A stretch of DNA of 63,606 bases, counting the filler, from Pirum gemmata (Eukaryota): NCBI GenBank assembly GCA_002812295.1. It is 19 parts of 19 records of this genome, joined end to end, with 100 filler letters (N's around TTAATTAATTAA, not from the genome) between each part and the next. Parts side by side here need not be neighbours in the genome. Positions count along the whole stretch, not along the records: positions 49,409 to 52,257 come from PDIN01004318.1; positions 52,358 to 56,652 come from PDIN01004319.1; positions 56,753 to 60,676 come from PDIN01004320.1; positions 60,777 to 63,606 come from PDIN01004321.1; 15 more parts are not named here. The stretch is one strand, 5' to 3'. The translations under genes and the position numbers were made by a program. This document shows positions 50,661 through 63,606 of the stretch, in pieces; position 1 is the first letter of the stretch; each line of letters opens with the position of its first letter. The notes beneath the pieces are model-generated. The model was not told where the DNA came from and did no database searches. It saw only the letters and a list, made by a program, of their open reading frames with translations.

Positions 50661-50672
50661 TTTTTTACAGCA

Positions 50673-51522
50673 TCGATTTAGCTAATAAGTTAGTATTTAA
50701 TATTACTATTACTATTACTATTTTCTAAAACAGTACTTACTATATCATTATTAAAATTTAAATCAAACCAAATAATGAAAATTATTATTATATAAAACTG
50801 TTTGTCATCGAATCAAAAATCAGAATTAAAAAGCTGTCGATTTAGCTAATAAGTAGGTATTTGATACTACTATTACTATTACTATTTTCTAAACAGTACT
50901 TTCTATATCATTAAAATTTAAATCAAACCAAATAATGAAAATTATTATTATACAAAATTATATTAATTAGTTTGTCATCGAATCAAAAATTAGAATTAAA
51001 AAGCTGTTGATTTAGCTAATAAGTTGGTATTTGATATTACTATTACTATTACTGTTTTCTAAACAGTACTTTCTATACCATTATTAAAATTTAAATCAAA
51101 CCAAATAATGAAAATTATTATTATATAAAACTGTTTTTCATCGAATCAAAAATCAGAATTAAAAAGCTGTCGATTTAGCTAATAAGTAGGTATTTGATAC
51201 TACTATTACTACTATTTTCTAAACAGTACTTTCTACATCATTAAAATTTAAATCAAACCAAAAAATGAAAATTATTACTATATGAAACTGTCTTAATTAG
51301 TTTGTCATCGAATCAAAAATCAGAATTAAAAAGCTGTCGATTTAGCTACTAAGTTGGTATTTGATATTACCATTAATATTGCTATTTTCTAAAACATTAC
51401 TTTCTATATCACTATTAAAATTTAAACCAAACTAAATAATGAAAATTATTATTATATAAAACTGTCTTAATTAGTTTGTCATCGAATCAAAAATAAGAAT
51501 TAAAAAGCAGTCGATTTAGCTG
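50673..51522. repeat. Tandem array, ~165-172-bp unit, ~5 copies
   Basis: Anchor tcgatttagcta at ~50673, 50837, 51007, 51170, 51337 and 51512. Confidence 0.92.
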
Positions 51523-51599
51523 ATATTTACTATTGGTGTTTTTCTAAAGCGACTGTACCTATAACGTTATTAAAACTACTTTAAAACTTGACATCCCTC

Positions 51600-51787
51600 G
51601 GAGATACGGGAAAACAAAATCGAATCAAACAGCTCGATCTTAATTATTAAATAATAACAATTTTGAAATGATATTCTTTTTTTTCGAGTTTCAAGTTTTA
51701 TCAGAAATGAGTCAATAATTAAAATTAGATCGAAAAATTTCGAAAGTTTCGAAGTGGTCTCGATTTGATGGTTTTTCCCGCATCTCC
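51600..51787. mobile_element. MITE with TIR GGAGAT(A/G)CGGGAAAA and a possible CTC target duplication
   Basis: ggagatacgggaaaa ... ttttcccgcatctcc, flanked by ctc on both sides. A related right end lies at ~12236-12295. Confidence 0.6.
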
Positions 51788-52409
51788 CTCGTTTCTTACT
51801 CAGACCATAACAAAAAATTATTTTCAAAGAAACTACCCATGGGAAGGGTGGCTATGACGTGTACGGGGTTTGGGTGAATTGTAAGTTAACTCTTATTAAC
51901 TACCAAAATAATTAACATTGTTTTTATTGGATAAAAACTATTCAATTCGGCATTTTTTTTCGCTATTTGATTATTAATTTAAAGAGCTCCAGTTAATGTA
52001 TTTGAAGGTACCAAATAAACAACTGGATTGAAAAACCCCCTAAAAACCAGGGTATATAACTAAGCCTTGATTTTTTATTTTAGGGCTATCAACTCCCCCT
52101 CCCCTGATTTAAAAGAAAAAATGCAATTATCAAATATAGAATTATAGTGCATATAAAAGTACTAATAAGAAATTCAAATTACCAAAATTATATAAATTAC
52201 TAAATATGTAAATTATGGTGCACAAAACACTTAATAAATCAAGTGGTTATAATATATNNNNNNNNNNNNNNNNNNNNNNNNNNNNNNNNNNNNNNNNNNN
52301 NTTAATTAATTAANNNNNNNNNNNNNNNNNNNNNNNNNNNNNNNNNNNNNNNNNNNNATATATAATGAAAAATAAGGAGTAACAAATATTTCAATGTAAA
52401 TAAACAAAC

Positions 52410-53273
52410 CTGATACCAAGCAGCATATCCCCACTGTATGATATTAAAAACAACAACAAAAGTCAATCCCCAAATCGCTCGGCTTCGTCTAGTCATATAA
52501 GAATTATCCAAAAACAACATACCAAGTAGAAATGCCCCAACCATTTGCATGCCCCAAAATACAGCACTGTTCAATCCTCGTGTGACTGGATCAAATAAAA
52601 GACCATTAACGTAATTGAACTCGTATGTATAAAAAAAATTAGATTGGAAAATAAGAGGTGTCAATAATAACATGTATTTGTTTTTGAAAAGTTTCAAAAT
52701 ACTAATCATTTCCTGTTTGTATGACTTTGTTTTTTCAAACTTAACTTTTTTACCATCCGCACGAACAACTTTATTAGAATTAACTACCAATAGCAGAGCA
52801 AATGCACCCCCTAAAAGCATTATTCCAGCAAACGTAAAGTAAGTGGCTGCGCTTACTGAATCGTCTGTACTATTTGCTGGTTTTGAGCTCTCAATACCAA
52901 AAGTTAAAAGTCCCCCGAGAACACCACCTAAGTTGAAAATCATCCAAAATATGGCAGTGAACTGACCTTTTTTATCATGAGTCGAGTATGAAAGCATCAT
53001 AGCCCCTTGTGATGTCCAAAATAAACCAGCACCAACACCCAAACAAGCAGCAGACACAATGGCCATTGGAGCCAAATTATCATTTATACCCCACAAATAA
53101 ACTGATATAGCATAAAAGAAATATGTTAAAGCTCCCAAAAATAAAGGTAATTTGTTCCCAAGAATGTTAAAAGCTGGACCACCTAAATAACCGAATACAG
53201 CAAAAAAGCCATACAACGTGGCATTCATAGCTCCAATGGTGGTTGGATCATTTCCTCCAGCATTTCCTAAACC
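52410..53273 (-). CDS. UNC-93-like MFS transporter, internal exon
   Basis: GLGNAGG..NATLYGFFAVFG..LGVGAGLFWTSQGAMMLSY..KGQFTAIFWMIFNLGGVLG..VVRADG..SNFFYTYEFN..TRGLNS; AG/GT boundaries. Confidence 0.92.
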
Positions 53274-54740
53274 CTATTATTTTTAAAATATGTATTGATT
53301 ATTTTTAAAATATGCATTGACCATTTAAATATTAATATTTAAATATAACGTCAAGTAAAAAACCAAAAACTTAAAAATAGTAATAATAATAATATTAATC
53401 ATAATCATAATCATAATCATAATCATAATCATAATCATAATAATCATAATCATCATCATAATAATAATCATAATAATAATCATAATAATAATCATCATCA
53501 TAATAATAATAATATAATCATCATAATAATAATAATAATAATATAATCATCATAACAATAATAATAATAATATAATCATCATAATAATAATCATAAAAAT
53601 AATCATCATAATCATCATCATAATAATAATAATCATCATCATAAGAATAATAAGAATAATCATCATAATAAGAATAATAAGAATAATCATCATAATAAGA
53701 ATAATAAGAATAATCATAATAATAATAANNNNNNNNNNNNNNNNNNNNNNNNNNNNNNNNNNNNNNNNNNNNNTGTTGTAGTTGTTGTATATGTGGTTAT
53801 AGTATATGGTAGTAGTTGTAGTGGCTGTGGTAGTTCATTACTTTTATTTGATTAAACATGGAATTATTATTTTTAATTAATTAAAATTAAAATATTAATT
53901 TTATTAAATCATTATTAAAATATTACTTTTGAAATTATTTTTATGGTTAATACATTTATTATTACATGTATACATAATATTATAATTAATTACAAATATA
54001 AATTATTACATTATTATTATTATCGTTATTAATTATTATTATATATTATGTAATTATTAATACTATAAAATTATTTTTAATTTATTGTAAATTTTTTATT
54101 TTATTAATTAATTAAAAAATTAAAAAATTAAATTTTAAATTATCATTTTTATTATATTATTAATTCATTACTAAATAACTATAACTTATTATTATTATTA
54201 TTATTATTATGAATATCATTATTATGATTATATAAACAAATATGAAGAAGATTCAGAATTTGCAGAGAAAGATGAAAAAGATTATTCTTATTGTTATTAT
54301 TGTTATTATCATTACTAATAATTAATAATATACATAGTATTATATTAACAATATTATGTATATTTGTATGTTTATTTATATACTAATAATAGTGGTAAGA
54401 GTAATAATGATAATAATAATAATACTAATATTAAGAAGCTTCTTCATCCTCCTCTGCAAATTTTGACTAACATGCAAAAAATCCAGAATGCTAGCAATAA
54501 AAAAAAAAAATAATAATAAAATAGCTCTCAAAAAGTATAAAAGCTTTTTTAAAAAAATATTTTTTTTAAAAAAAATTAAGTATTGTACACTAGTAATAAT
54601 AACCAAAAAATATATTGAAACCCGATAATATTATTGCACACTAATAATAATAACCAAAAAAATATATTGAAAACCGATTAAATTTTGTTCTTTTGAAAAG
54701 ATACTCTCACTTAATTTTAAAAGCCATTTTTACTTGCACG

Positions 54741-55598
54741 ATGTTTATGAATCAAATCATTTTTGCCTCGATTTTGGCTGCTGTTTCAACTGCTAATTCA
54801 GACGTGACTGATTGTGATAAAACAGAATGGACTTGGGATAGATGCCGAAGTGGGGGTGTGGTACTTAAGGGAACTGATGATGGCGACATTGCATTAAGCA
54901 CTGGAGGTCAAATGAAGACCGTTTACCTTACAGGTAAAAAGTCGGAAATAGTATGGTATTGCGATGGTACCAAGGAACATAGTGCTTGGAGTTCGAGTGG
55001 AAATTACGATATTGTGAAAATTAACGTTTCACACAAAAAAAACGATGGTGGCTTAATTTCTTTCGCTATCCATAGGTGTCGTAGACCAATAGATTGTTAT
55101 GTGGATATTGATGAACAATCATGTGGAGAATGCTCTGCTACTTGTAATCCCAGAGCTGCTGAGCCTTATAAAGCCCCAGGGCAGCAATCTTGCCCAGTAA
55201 AAGTTATATCACAGGCGCAATACGGTGGAAAACCTTGTGACAACGCCCCAAAGAAATTACACTGCTCTAAAGAATGTGAACCTCAAGAACCGGACTCTAA
55301 CCCTAACCCTAACCTCAACCCTAACCCTAACCTTAACCCTAACCCTAACCTTAACCCTAACCCTAACCTTAACCCTAACCCTAACCTTAACCCTAACCCT
55401 AACCTTAACACTTATTCACCACCAAATTATTCACCACCAAATTATTCACCACCAACTTATTCACCACCAAATTATTCACCACCAACTACTGATTCGGGAG
55501 TAATTCTGACATCACTAAACAAGCCGGGACAGGCATCACAATGCCATGTTCCATATGTTATTCTTCCAGTAATTGCTACCCTAAGTTACTTCTTTTAA
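54741..55598 (+). CDS. Secreted, probably GPI-anchored Cys-rich protein with a thrombospondin type-1 (spondin-like) domain, (NPNPNL)n and (YSPP)n repeats
   Basis: Signal peptide, then CGECSATC..GQQSC..AQYGGKPC..HCSKEC, and a hydrophobic C-terminus VPYVILPVIATLSYFF*. Confidence 0.85.
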   Translation: MFMNQIIFASILAAVSTANSDVTDCDKTEWTWDRCRSGGVVLKGTDDGDIALSTGGQMKTVYLTGKKSEIVWYCDGTKEHSAWSSSGNYDIVKINVSHKKNDGGLISFAIHRCRRPIDCYVDIDEQSCGECSATCNPRAAEPYKAPGQQSCPVKVISQAQYGGKPCDNAPKKLHCSKECEPQEPDSNPNPNLNPNPNLNPNPNLNPNPNLNPNPNLNPNPNLNTYSPPNYSPPNYSPPTYSPPNYSPPTTDSGVILTSLNKPGQASQCHVPYVILPVIATLSYFF

Positions 55599-55862
55599 TT
55601 AGCAACATAATATAATAACAATATAATAAAGTTACTAGCCTCATTTTATTTGTAAATATTTGATTGATTGGTTGATATATATTTATTTAAAATTAAAAAT
55701 TGAAATTTATTTATTTATTTATTTATTATTTTTATTTATTTTCATCTACTAAAGAAAGAAATGATGATGACAATCAATCATTATTATTATTATATTAATA
55801 AACCACAGTAATACTAAAACATAAGTCATTTGTAATTAAATTAAATATTAAAAATTTAAAAT

Positions 55863-56490
55863 TTAATCTTTCTTACTGTCAACACATCCACCAACACAAT
55901 AAACAATCGAGTTAAACAAGGCAATGATTGAAGTTACAATAATAAGAATGAAACCCCATTCCAAAGTACAATCACCATAATTAAATTTGCCCGAAAAATT
56001 TCCACAAAACACAGCAGAAGAATATATACTACCAGCATCCGGGGATACTCGGATCCAATATTCTGAATCAAATTTAGTGGAAAACATCATCACTGAAGCA
56101 AAATACAACGAACAAGATAAAAGTGATAAAAACCCAGCAATAAAAGAAAACGGGAAACTTAAACAACATAGACAACAACAATTCAAACAACACGCTACTA
56201 AGCCTGCGGCCAAGGTTAAAGCAGTACAACAGATGGCGACAACACATAAAATATAAGACATTTTCCATTCTTCAGAAGGCCATTTATCCATTGACCCAGG
56301 TGAATCTTTATATAATTCTCCAAAGTAATAGTAATCATTCATTTTCCCAGTTCCATCAATGAAAGTAACAGGTCCAGTGTACACTGTAATATCAAGGGTT
56401 GAGCTTTTGATCCACTTGGGCGAGATAACAGAAGCTATACCCATAACCAAAACGGCTACAGTAAAAATGTTGGCAATAAATACTAGAATT
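55863..56490 (-). CDS. LHFPL/claudin-superfamily tetraspan membrane protein, last exon
   Basis: Four hydrophobic segments with SPKW, WPSEEWK, and FCGNFSGKFNYGDCTLEWGFILII (LHFPL-like CG..SG.F..G.C...W motif). Confidence 0.7.
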
Positions 56491-56982
56491 CTATTTTATT
56501 TATTTAAATATATATTGTAGTTAGTAAGTTATGTTTGATTCAAAATAATCGTTATTTTAATATCATAATAAGTAATATTCATAATAATAATTAATAAATA
56601 ATAAATGATGATAAATGGTGATGATAATGAATAATGATTAATAAATAATAATNNNNNNNNNNNNNNNNNNNNNNNNNNNNNNNNNNNNNNNNNNNNTTAA
56701 TTAATTAANNNNNNNNNNNNNNNNNNNNNNNNNNNNNNNNNNNNNNNNNNNNATAATAATAATACTAACAACACCAACACCACCACCAACAACAAGGGAT
56801 CCGCAAATGCAAGACTTGGCGAAATCTTTGCCTTGGAATATGAAACTTAGTCACGATTGCAGTATGATTTTTTAAAACATCAATATCATCCTCATCCTCA
56901 TCCTCATCAACACTACCACCAGTATCAGCATCAGCATCATCAGCATCATCAGCATCATCAGCATGATCAGCATCACCACCAC

Positions 56983-57036
<54 letters not shown>

Positions 57037-57426
57037 CATCATCACCACCACCACCGCCACCACCACCGCCACCACGTTCACCACCATCATCATGACTATC
57101 ACCCTCACCCTCACCCTCACCCTCACCGTCATCACCATCGTCATTGTTATGCTTATGATCATCATCAAGTAACATCAACATTATTAGAATGTGCACCAAG
57201 CCTCGTTTTCTAATTTTCTCACTGCACGTTTCCATTAACATATTTTTATTATTATTATTATTGTTATTATTATTATCAGTATGATGATCATTATCATCAT
57301 CATCATCATTGTTATTATTGTTGTTGTATGAGGTTTGTTATTCTGTGTGTTTCCAATATTTTTTTGATATTATCGTGACTATGCTTTGGTTGTATTGTCA
57401 TTTTTAATATTTGTAATTATTCTTAC

Positions 57427-57459
<33 letters not shown>

Positions 57460-58545
57460 NTAGGGTTAGGGTTAGAGATTTTCTACGATAGCTGATTTTC
57501 TCCAAATTTTAGACTCGAAAAATATCGATTTTTTTTTTGGATAATTACAATTAATAGATCGAAAAAAAAACCTTCGATACGGTGTACATATAAATTATAT
57601 CATAATAACAGTATCGATATAATAACAAACAAAATGGAAGTACTGGTAGTCTATGTTGAAAGTTGAAACTTGAAAGTGTTGCCATCAATCACTACATAAT
57701 CTATAATCGCGAAGATAATTGCTCAATAATATTTATCCTTGACCAATAAACTGCTTCTTTTAAATTTTAATTATTAATAATTTATAATTTGTAGATAGTC
57801 CTGTTTTTGTGGTGTTATTTTTATTGTTTTGTTATTGTTATTGTCATTGTTATTGTTATTGTTATTATTATTAATATTAATATTGTTATTGTTATTGTTA
57901 TTAATATTTATATTGTTATTGTTATTGTTATTATTAATATTGTTATTGTTATTGTTATTGTTAATATTAATTGTTATTGTTAGTTATTTTATGTAATTAA
58001 TGTTATATTATTATTATTGCAAATTATTGCTACTCTTATTCTTATTCTTAATTTTATTGTTAATTGTTATTAATATTGTTATTGCTACTGTTATTTTTAT
58101 TGTAATTGTTAAAAGTATTGATATTAACATATATAATATATGCATTGATGTTGTTATATTTATTAGTATTGTTATATAATAATATATTGTTATTGTTATT
58201 GTAACTGTTATTTTTATTGATTGTTATTTTTATTGTTATTAATATTGTTATTGTTATTGTTATTGTTATTGTTATTGTTATTGTTATTGTTATTGTTATT
58301 GTTATTGTTATTATAATATTGTTATTAATATTAATATTAATATTGTTATTGTTATTGTTATATTTATTATAACATTTTATTGTTATTGTTATTGTTATAT
58401 TTATTACATTATTAATATATATTAATAATAGCATTTTATTGTTATTGTTATTGATATATTCATTATAACATTTTATTGTTATTGATTGTTATTGATATAA
58501 ATAACATTTTATTGTTATTGTTATTGATATATTTATTATAACATT

Positions 58546-59860
58546 TTAGCTACAATGTTCATGAAGAGCGCTTTGGACTTCTTTCATGTGTTTGTGTATA
58601 GCACCGGAACTCAAATCGCCATGTTCAATTAGAAAGCAAGAATTTAAAAAATGCACATCATCTTCAATATGTCGAACTGGGTGAAGGAAAGGTTGAGCAA
58701 GAATGTTCTCTCCACCTTCACCTTTCTTTCTCAAGAAATTATTATTTGAGTCAATGCACAATTTTCGTTTGCAAACTTTGCAAAACAACGTTAGTAGATT
58801 GACGGCCACATCTCGAACAAGAAATCTTTTGTTTCTTCTTTATGGTTATACTTTCAATTGGACGATTATCGGTTCATCGTCAGGATCAGCGTCAAACGGC
58901 TTAAATTTCCTTGGAAAGCATGTTTTATATTCAGTCTTGTCAGCCAAAAACACAGGTACTCCAACGCATAAACCTTGCCTTAACGTATCAGCAGAATGCC
59001 TATGTAAGGTGCTTTGATTTTGTTTCCTTCTCTTAGGTGTGGTATTTCCTCCTGGTAATGAAACAACTGCTTCCTGCAATGTTTTGCAATGTTTGCAATT
59101 GCAATCGTCGTCTAGTGTACACCTTCGGTTCCATATTCGTAGCAGTATCTTCGTCAAAGTCAAATAAAGCGACAATATCGGAACAGAAGCTTGCGAACCC
59201 CCCCTTACCCTTCCTCTTTAGGAAACCCCTATACTGTGACAAATTCTGAAATTTATCTATCCGTTCCGAGGTCAGCGCATTAATACTGTGCAATAAATGA
59301 ATATTTCTAAAAGCAATACATAGGTACGCCAAAAGTAATCTAGTTGATTGTGTTACATNGTGAAACTTTTGTGGGTACAGCTCCGAGAAGTATTTAGACA
59401 ACGTATCCTCCCCACCCGTAAGTGAATTATAAAAAAGAATAATAGATGGTTTGATAGAATACGCATAAGCAATCTGAAGTTTATGTTTTAGCAAGCAACG
59501 AGTTAACTTGTACGCCGATGAAAACGTATTAAGGTTAGGTATTTGCTTCAGTCCCTTTTTTCCAATATGAGGCTCTATAAGTGAAATGAAGTTTTCGTCA
59601 GGCTCATCTTTTACATGAAGCCAAGGTAGTAGTAAATCCTTTAGTTTTCCACCCAAACTTGATTGTGAATAAAATGAACAACTTTAACTGGCCTTTGGCG
59701 TATACCAGTGAATGTCATTGGGTTGGCTGGATTTTTATTCTGTACTTTTAAATCAGCAGTGGAAATAATCCACTCTATAGTTTATTATCAAACCTGTATG
59801 GGGTTCACATACTAGATCATTAATTGCACCGTTTCGATGTCCGTTTGAGTGCTTGTGTCT
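58546..59860 (-). mobile_element. Divergent piggyBac-like transposase pseudogene
   Basis: GHRNGAINDLVCEPHTGLIINYRV; KPSIILFYNSLTGGEDTLSK (cf. KP.II..YN..KGGVD); and a frameshifted CRD CSRCGRQST..FCKVCKRKLCI..SCFLIEH. Confidence 0.72.
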
Positions 59861-60626
59861 TAGTAATAAATTTCTAGATAATAAAATATATCAAATTAAA
59901 CTAAAAGGATTTATACTGGAACTATTTATTATATATTTTATAATGACAAAACAACTGAAAAGCAAGCACTACCGGTATATCATAGTTATATCATACACTT
60001 AGCTAGATTTTTATTTTCTTTTTTTATATACATATGATAATTAAAAACACAAAAGATCACGTGACTTAAACAATTTGTACTTCACTAGCTAGTACTGGAC
60101 TTCAAAGGCTCTTCAAAGGTTCTTTTTTTGAAGTCCTTGATATTATTTTAAATTATTTATAATAATTATTAAATAAATAAATAAAAAAAATTTATTAATT
60201 ATTATTTATGATAGTGGTTATTATCGGATATTAGTGCTAAATTACTAATGCTAAAATACTAAATTTCTATTTGAGATATTGATTTCAATACATTTTATTT
60301 CTTATTTTCGTCATTTTATTTATTTATTTACTTTATTTATTTATTTGTTGATTTATTTATTATTACTGTTTTAGTTTTTTTTCATTCGCTTTGAGAAAAT
60401 GCAAGATTATTAAAATATCATGGCTGAGTCAACTTCTTTTTTTTCTCAACTTCAAAAACCGGAAGTTTTGTATGATTTAACTGTGGCATTGCAGGCCACT
60501 GTTCATTCAAAGGTGCTTATCATATTAATGAATCGAACAATAATGTTAAAATTTTACATTGTCGGTTATTCTACTTCCCAATTGTTATCTTTTTATTACT
60601 GTAAGTACTGCTGCTGCTGCTGCTGT

Positions 60627-60671
<45 letters not shown>

Positions 60672-60776
60672 CAGCANNNNNNNNNNNNNNNNNNNNNNNN
60701 NNNNNNNNNNNNNNNNNNNNTTAATTAATTAANNNNNNNNNNNNNNNNNNNNNNNNNNNNNNNNNNNNNNNNNNNN

Positions 60777-60813
<37 letters not shown>

Positions 60814-61038
60814 TATTATTATTGTTAGGATTGGGATTAGGATTAGGATTATAATTATTATTATTATTATATATTATTATTATTGTTATTATTATAAATT
60901 ATTATTATTGTTAACGTTATTATTATAAATTATTATTATTGTTATTATATAATATTTTATGTTATTATTAGTTATTAATTATTATATTATTATTATTATT
61001 ATTATTATTATTTACTATCATCAATATAATTGATAAAG

Positions 61039-62551
61039 TGCTTGCTATTGTATTTATCGCTTTATTCTGGTGGAAAAAAATAAACGAAAGTTCACTGATC
61101 GTCTTGTATTTGTGATGATGCTTTTCGAAGCCATAGGTAAACTTTTATGAATATAATTAGTTACATTATTAATATTAAAATAAATTAAAAAATAAATTAT
61201 ATAATAATTAATATATTATATAATTACGTATACAGAACACATGTGTACACGAAATAATAATAATCATAACAATTAATAAGAATTGAAATATAATATTAAA
61301 TCTAAACATTTTTCAAAATCCTAAATTTTAAAATTTTGCTGAACGAAAAAAAAACTAAAAACCAAAAACCAAAAACCAAAAACCAAACACCAAAAACCAA
61401 AAAAAAACTAACTCGCCAAATAATACACTAAAAATAAAAACAAACTGCATGTACAAATAATAAAAAACATGTACAAAAAACAAAAAACAGTATTAATAAA
61501 TAGCGTTAACACATAGCTAATTCTACATCTTGCAGGTACCTGGGCTTACTTTCTGGGTAGTTGGGCATCAGCAAGTATTGATGCCGGTGGATTTAGCCAC
61601 TTTTGTACTTTTCAAGGATGGTTAATTCAAATAAAAACCATAACTGTGTTTTACAATTGTATATTAGCAGTGAATTATTTGATGTACATTAAATATAGAA
61701 TCGATGTATCACAGTATGAAAAGTACATTCATTTTGCAGCTTGTTTATATCCAACCGTAACCAGTTTTGTGTTGATAGGTCTAAATGGTTATACCAGCGC
61801 TGGTCCTTGGTGTTGGGTGAGTTCGAAACCTACATATTTCAGAATGTTATTTTTTTATGTTCCCCTCTGGGTAATTATGGCATTATCATTTTATTGCATG
61901 TCTGCTTTATGTTATTATATTTATCACGAAGAGCGAAGTTTACAAAAAGCTAACTCAAGGAAAAAGAATAATAGCACTACTAATCCTGATAGTAGAGTTA
62001 GCATAAGATACAATCGTCAGAAAGATAGTAAAGCTGTTAAAAAGCAAGAGAAGAAAGAAAGAAAATCGTTCGAAAAAACAAAACGAATAGCTTTGCAAGT
62101 AGTTTTGTACACTGCTGCCTTTTTATTAACATGGTTGTTTGGAACTATTAACCGAATCTTACAATTTGCTAACCCACAAGGCCCACCAATTTTTATTATA
62201 GTATGTTTGATGGCTATTACAATACCATTACAAGGTTTCTTAAATTTCCTTGTGTACATGTTACCTCGGTTTATGATTTTCTTCTCAAAGCAAAAATACT
62301 CTTCAAGTGATTCTTCTTCGCCAAACACAACTTTACGTAGCACTACTCATGGCACTGCTAAACATAATAACAATATTCAAAATACAATTAAATCAATTAA
62401 TCTTGCTATCCCTTATGAGGAAAAAGGTGGTGTGTACCAAGGACCGATGCCTGATGAATCTGTTGTTATAATGGAAAATATAATAGAACTGCAAGATTGT
62501 GAATTAGACATGCTACATCATGAATTAGAAGAAAAATTAGAAGAAGTTTAA
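61039..62551 (+). CDS. cAMP-receptor-like (Dicty_CAR/Git3-type) GPCR; exons 61039-61136 and 61536-62551, 5' exon missing
   Basis: ACYCIYRF..RKFTDRLVFVMMLFEAI|G..FCTFQGWLIQ..YEKYIH..AGPWCWV..LFFYVPLW..LYTAAFLLTWLFGTINRI..PLQGFLNFLVY. Confidence 0.92.
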
Positions 62552-63150
62552 TAAGTTACATTTAATAAAACAATAACGTATGCGTATATATATATTATAT
62601 GTATTTAGCTTATTTTATAACTTTACTTTTGTGAGGGCTAGTGTTAGGGTTAGTTAGGGTTAAGGAACAATAATAATTTGTTGCAATTGAATAACTTTAC
62701 ATATTATATGTTATCCTTTCCCATGGGCATGACCAATTTTAAAATAAGCTAAATTTATAATTACGGGTACGTAATTATTATTTTAAAATTATAAATTACT
62801 TCTAAACTATTTTCTAATCCTGGAGCAAGGGCAATAACTTATTACTAACTTTCTAATAATATGATAATTATAATTAAATTGTATATAATACAATGTATTT
62901 CTGTTCAACAAACTAGGTCTCGGCAAGGGATAAATTATTATTGAAAAAAATTGCATCGTATTGCATAATTATATTGTATTATAAATTTATTCATAAAATT
63001 AAATTTTTAAATGTTTTTTTTTTTTTTTTTTTTTTTGTCTCTTTTTTTTTTTTTTTTTTTTTTTTTGGACACCTGATCATTTATTTGTTATTTTTTAATT
63101 TATATGTATATATATCGAAAATAACTGTTTTTTTACTATATATATATAAG

Positions 63151-63212
63151 GAAAATGATATAGGTGATGAAGGAGCGGATGATTTAAGTTATGCTTTGGA
63201 AAATAACTCAAT
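63151..63212 (+). pseudogene. RNI-like LRR exon fragment
   Basis: After an AG: ENDIGDEGADDLSYALENNS (NxIGDEGAxxLxxAL motif); degenerates afterwards. Confidence 0.55.
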
Positions 63213-63546
63213 AAATTGCCCGATTAATTCTATATAGAATCTTAAATCATCAGAACTAACTCGTGCTTAAATGTTCTTATGCTTATTAATTTAATTTTTT
63301 CCCGGCACAAAGTCATTTATTTGTCATTTATTAAAATTTTGTAAATTGCCCGATTAATGCTATAGTATTATATTATCAACTTTGCTCACACTCAACATTA
63401 TCATGAACGTCATCCAAGTTCCCCTCATACCCAGACTAAGGTCGATAGTCACATTATTGGCTACTATGACATAGCTTGATTTATAAGTAAATGCTTATTA
63501 ATAACATTGATACCCAAATTGATAATCATAGAACTAATGTAATTAT

Positions 63547-63606
63547 CCCTAACCCTAACCCTAACCCCAAACCCCTAACCCCTAACCCCCAACCCCTAAC
63601 CCCTAA
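63547..63606. repeat. (CCCTAA/CCCCTAA)n tract at the window end
   Basis: Direct reading. Confidence 0.9.

Noticed and set aside
56765..57241. Acidic/Gly/Ala or His/Gln-rich ORFs
   Set aside because: Mostly CAT/CAG/CAC microsatellites open in several frames, with no recognisable domain.
60420..60629. Short ORF as first exon of the downstream GPCR
   Set aside because: It is separated by an artificial spacer, so it is on a different contig; there is no evidence to link them.
63547..63606. True chromosome telomeres at contig ends
   Set aside because: The tracts are degenerate, abundant internally and often in the wrong orientation for a terminus; contigs simply break at repeats.

Overview
This window is AT-rich, intron-containing eukaryotic genomic DNA. 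It is a concatenation of about 22 short contigs or scaffolds joined by artificial N..TTAATTAATTAA..N spacers, so synteny across spacers is meaningless. The 18S fragment and gene content suggest a unicellular non-metazoan opisthokont or similar protist (weak inference). Recognisable genes, mostly partial and spliced: AP-complex mu subunit (AP-4 mu-like), BBE-like FAD oxidoreductase, FSH1/OVCA2 serine hydrolase, EMAP-II/Arc1-like tRNA-binding exon, NAD-dependent epimerase, UNC-93-like MFS transporter, LHFPL-like tetraspan, cAR/Git3-like GPCR, a TSR-domain surface protein, two orphan proteins and a tRNA-Ala(TGC). There is also a decayed 18S-ITS1-5.8S rDNA fragment with a 174-bp insertion. Mobile DNA includes three piggyBac relics, an ISL2EU/Harbinger-type transposase relic, a Fanzor/TnpB relic, a possible LINE RT relic and several MITE families. 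Two genome-architecture patterns stand out. (1) Degenerate TTAGGG telomere-type repeats occur throughout the interior: one intron is made almost entirely of them, and one tract is translated in frame. (2) Repeated 'echoes', meaning local decaying tandem copies of exon ends, splice sites, stop codons and a tRNA 3' end, lie next to at least six intact loci. All family assignments come from motif recognition by eye, not from database searches.
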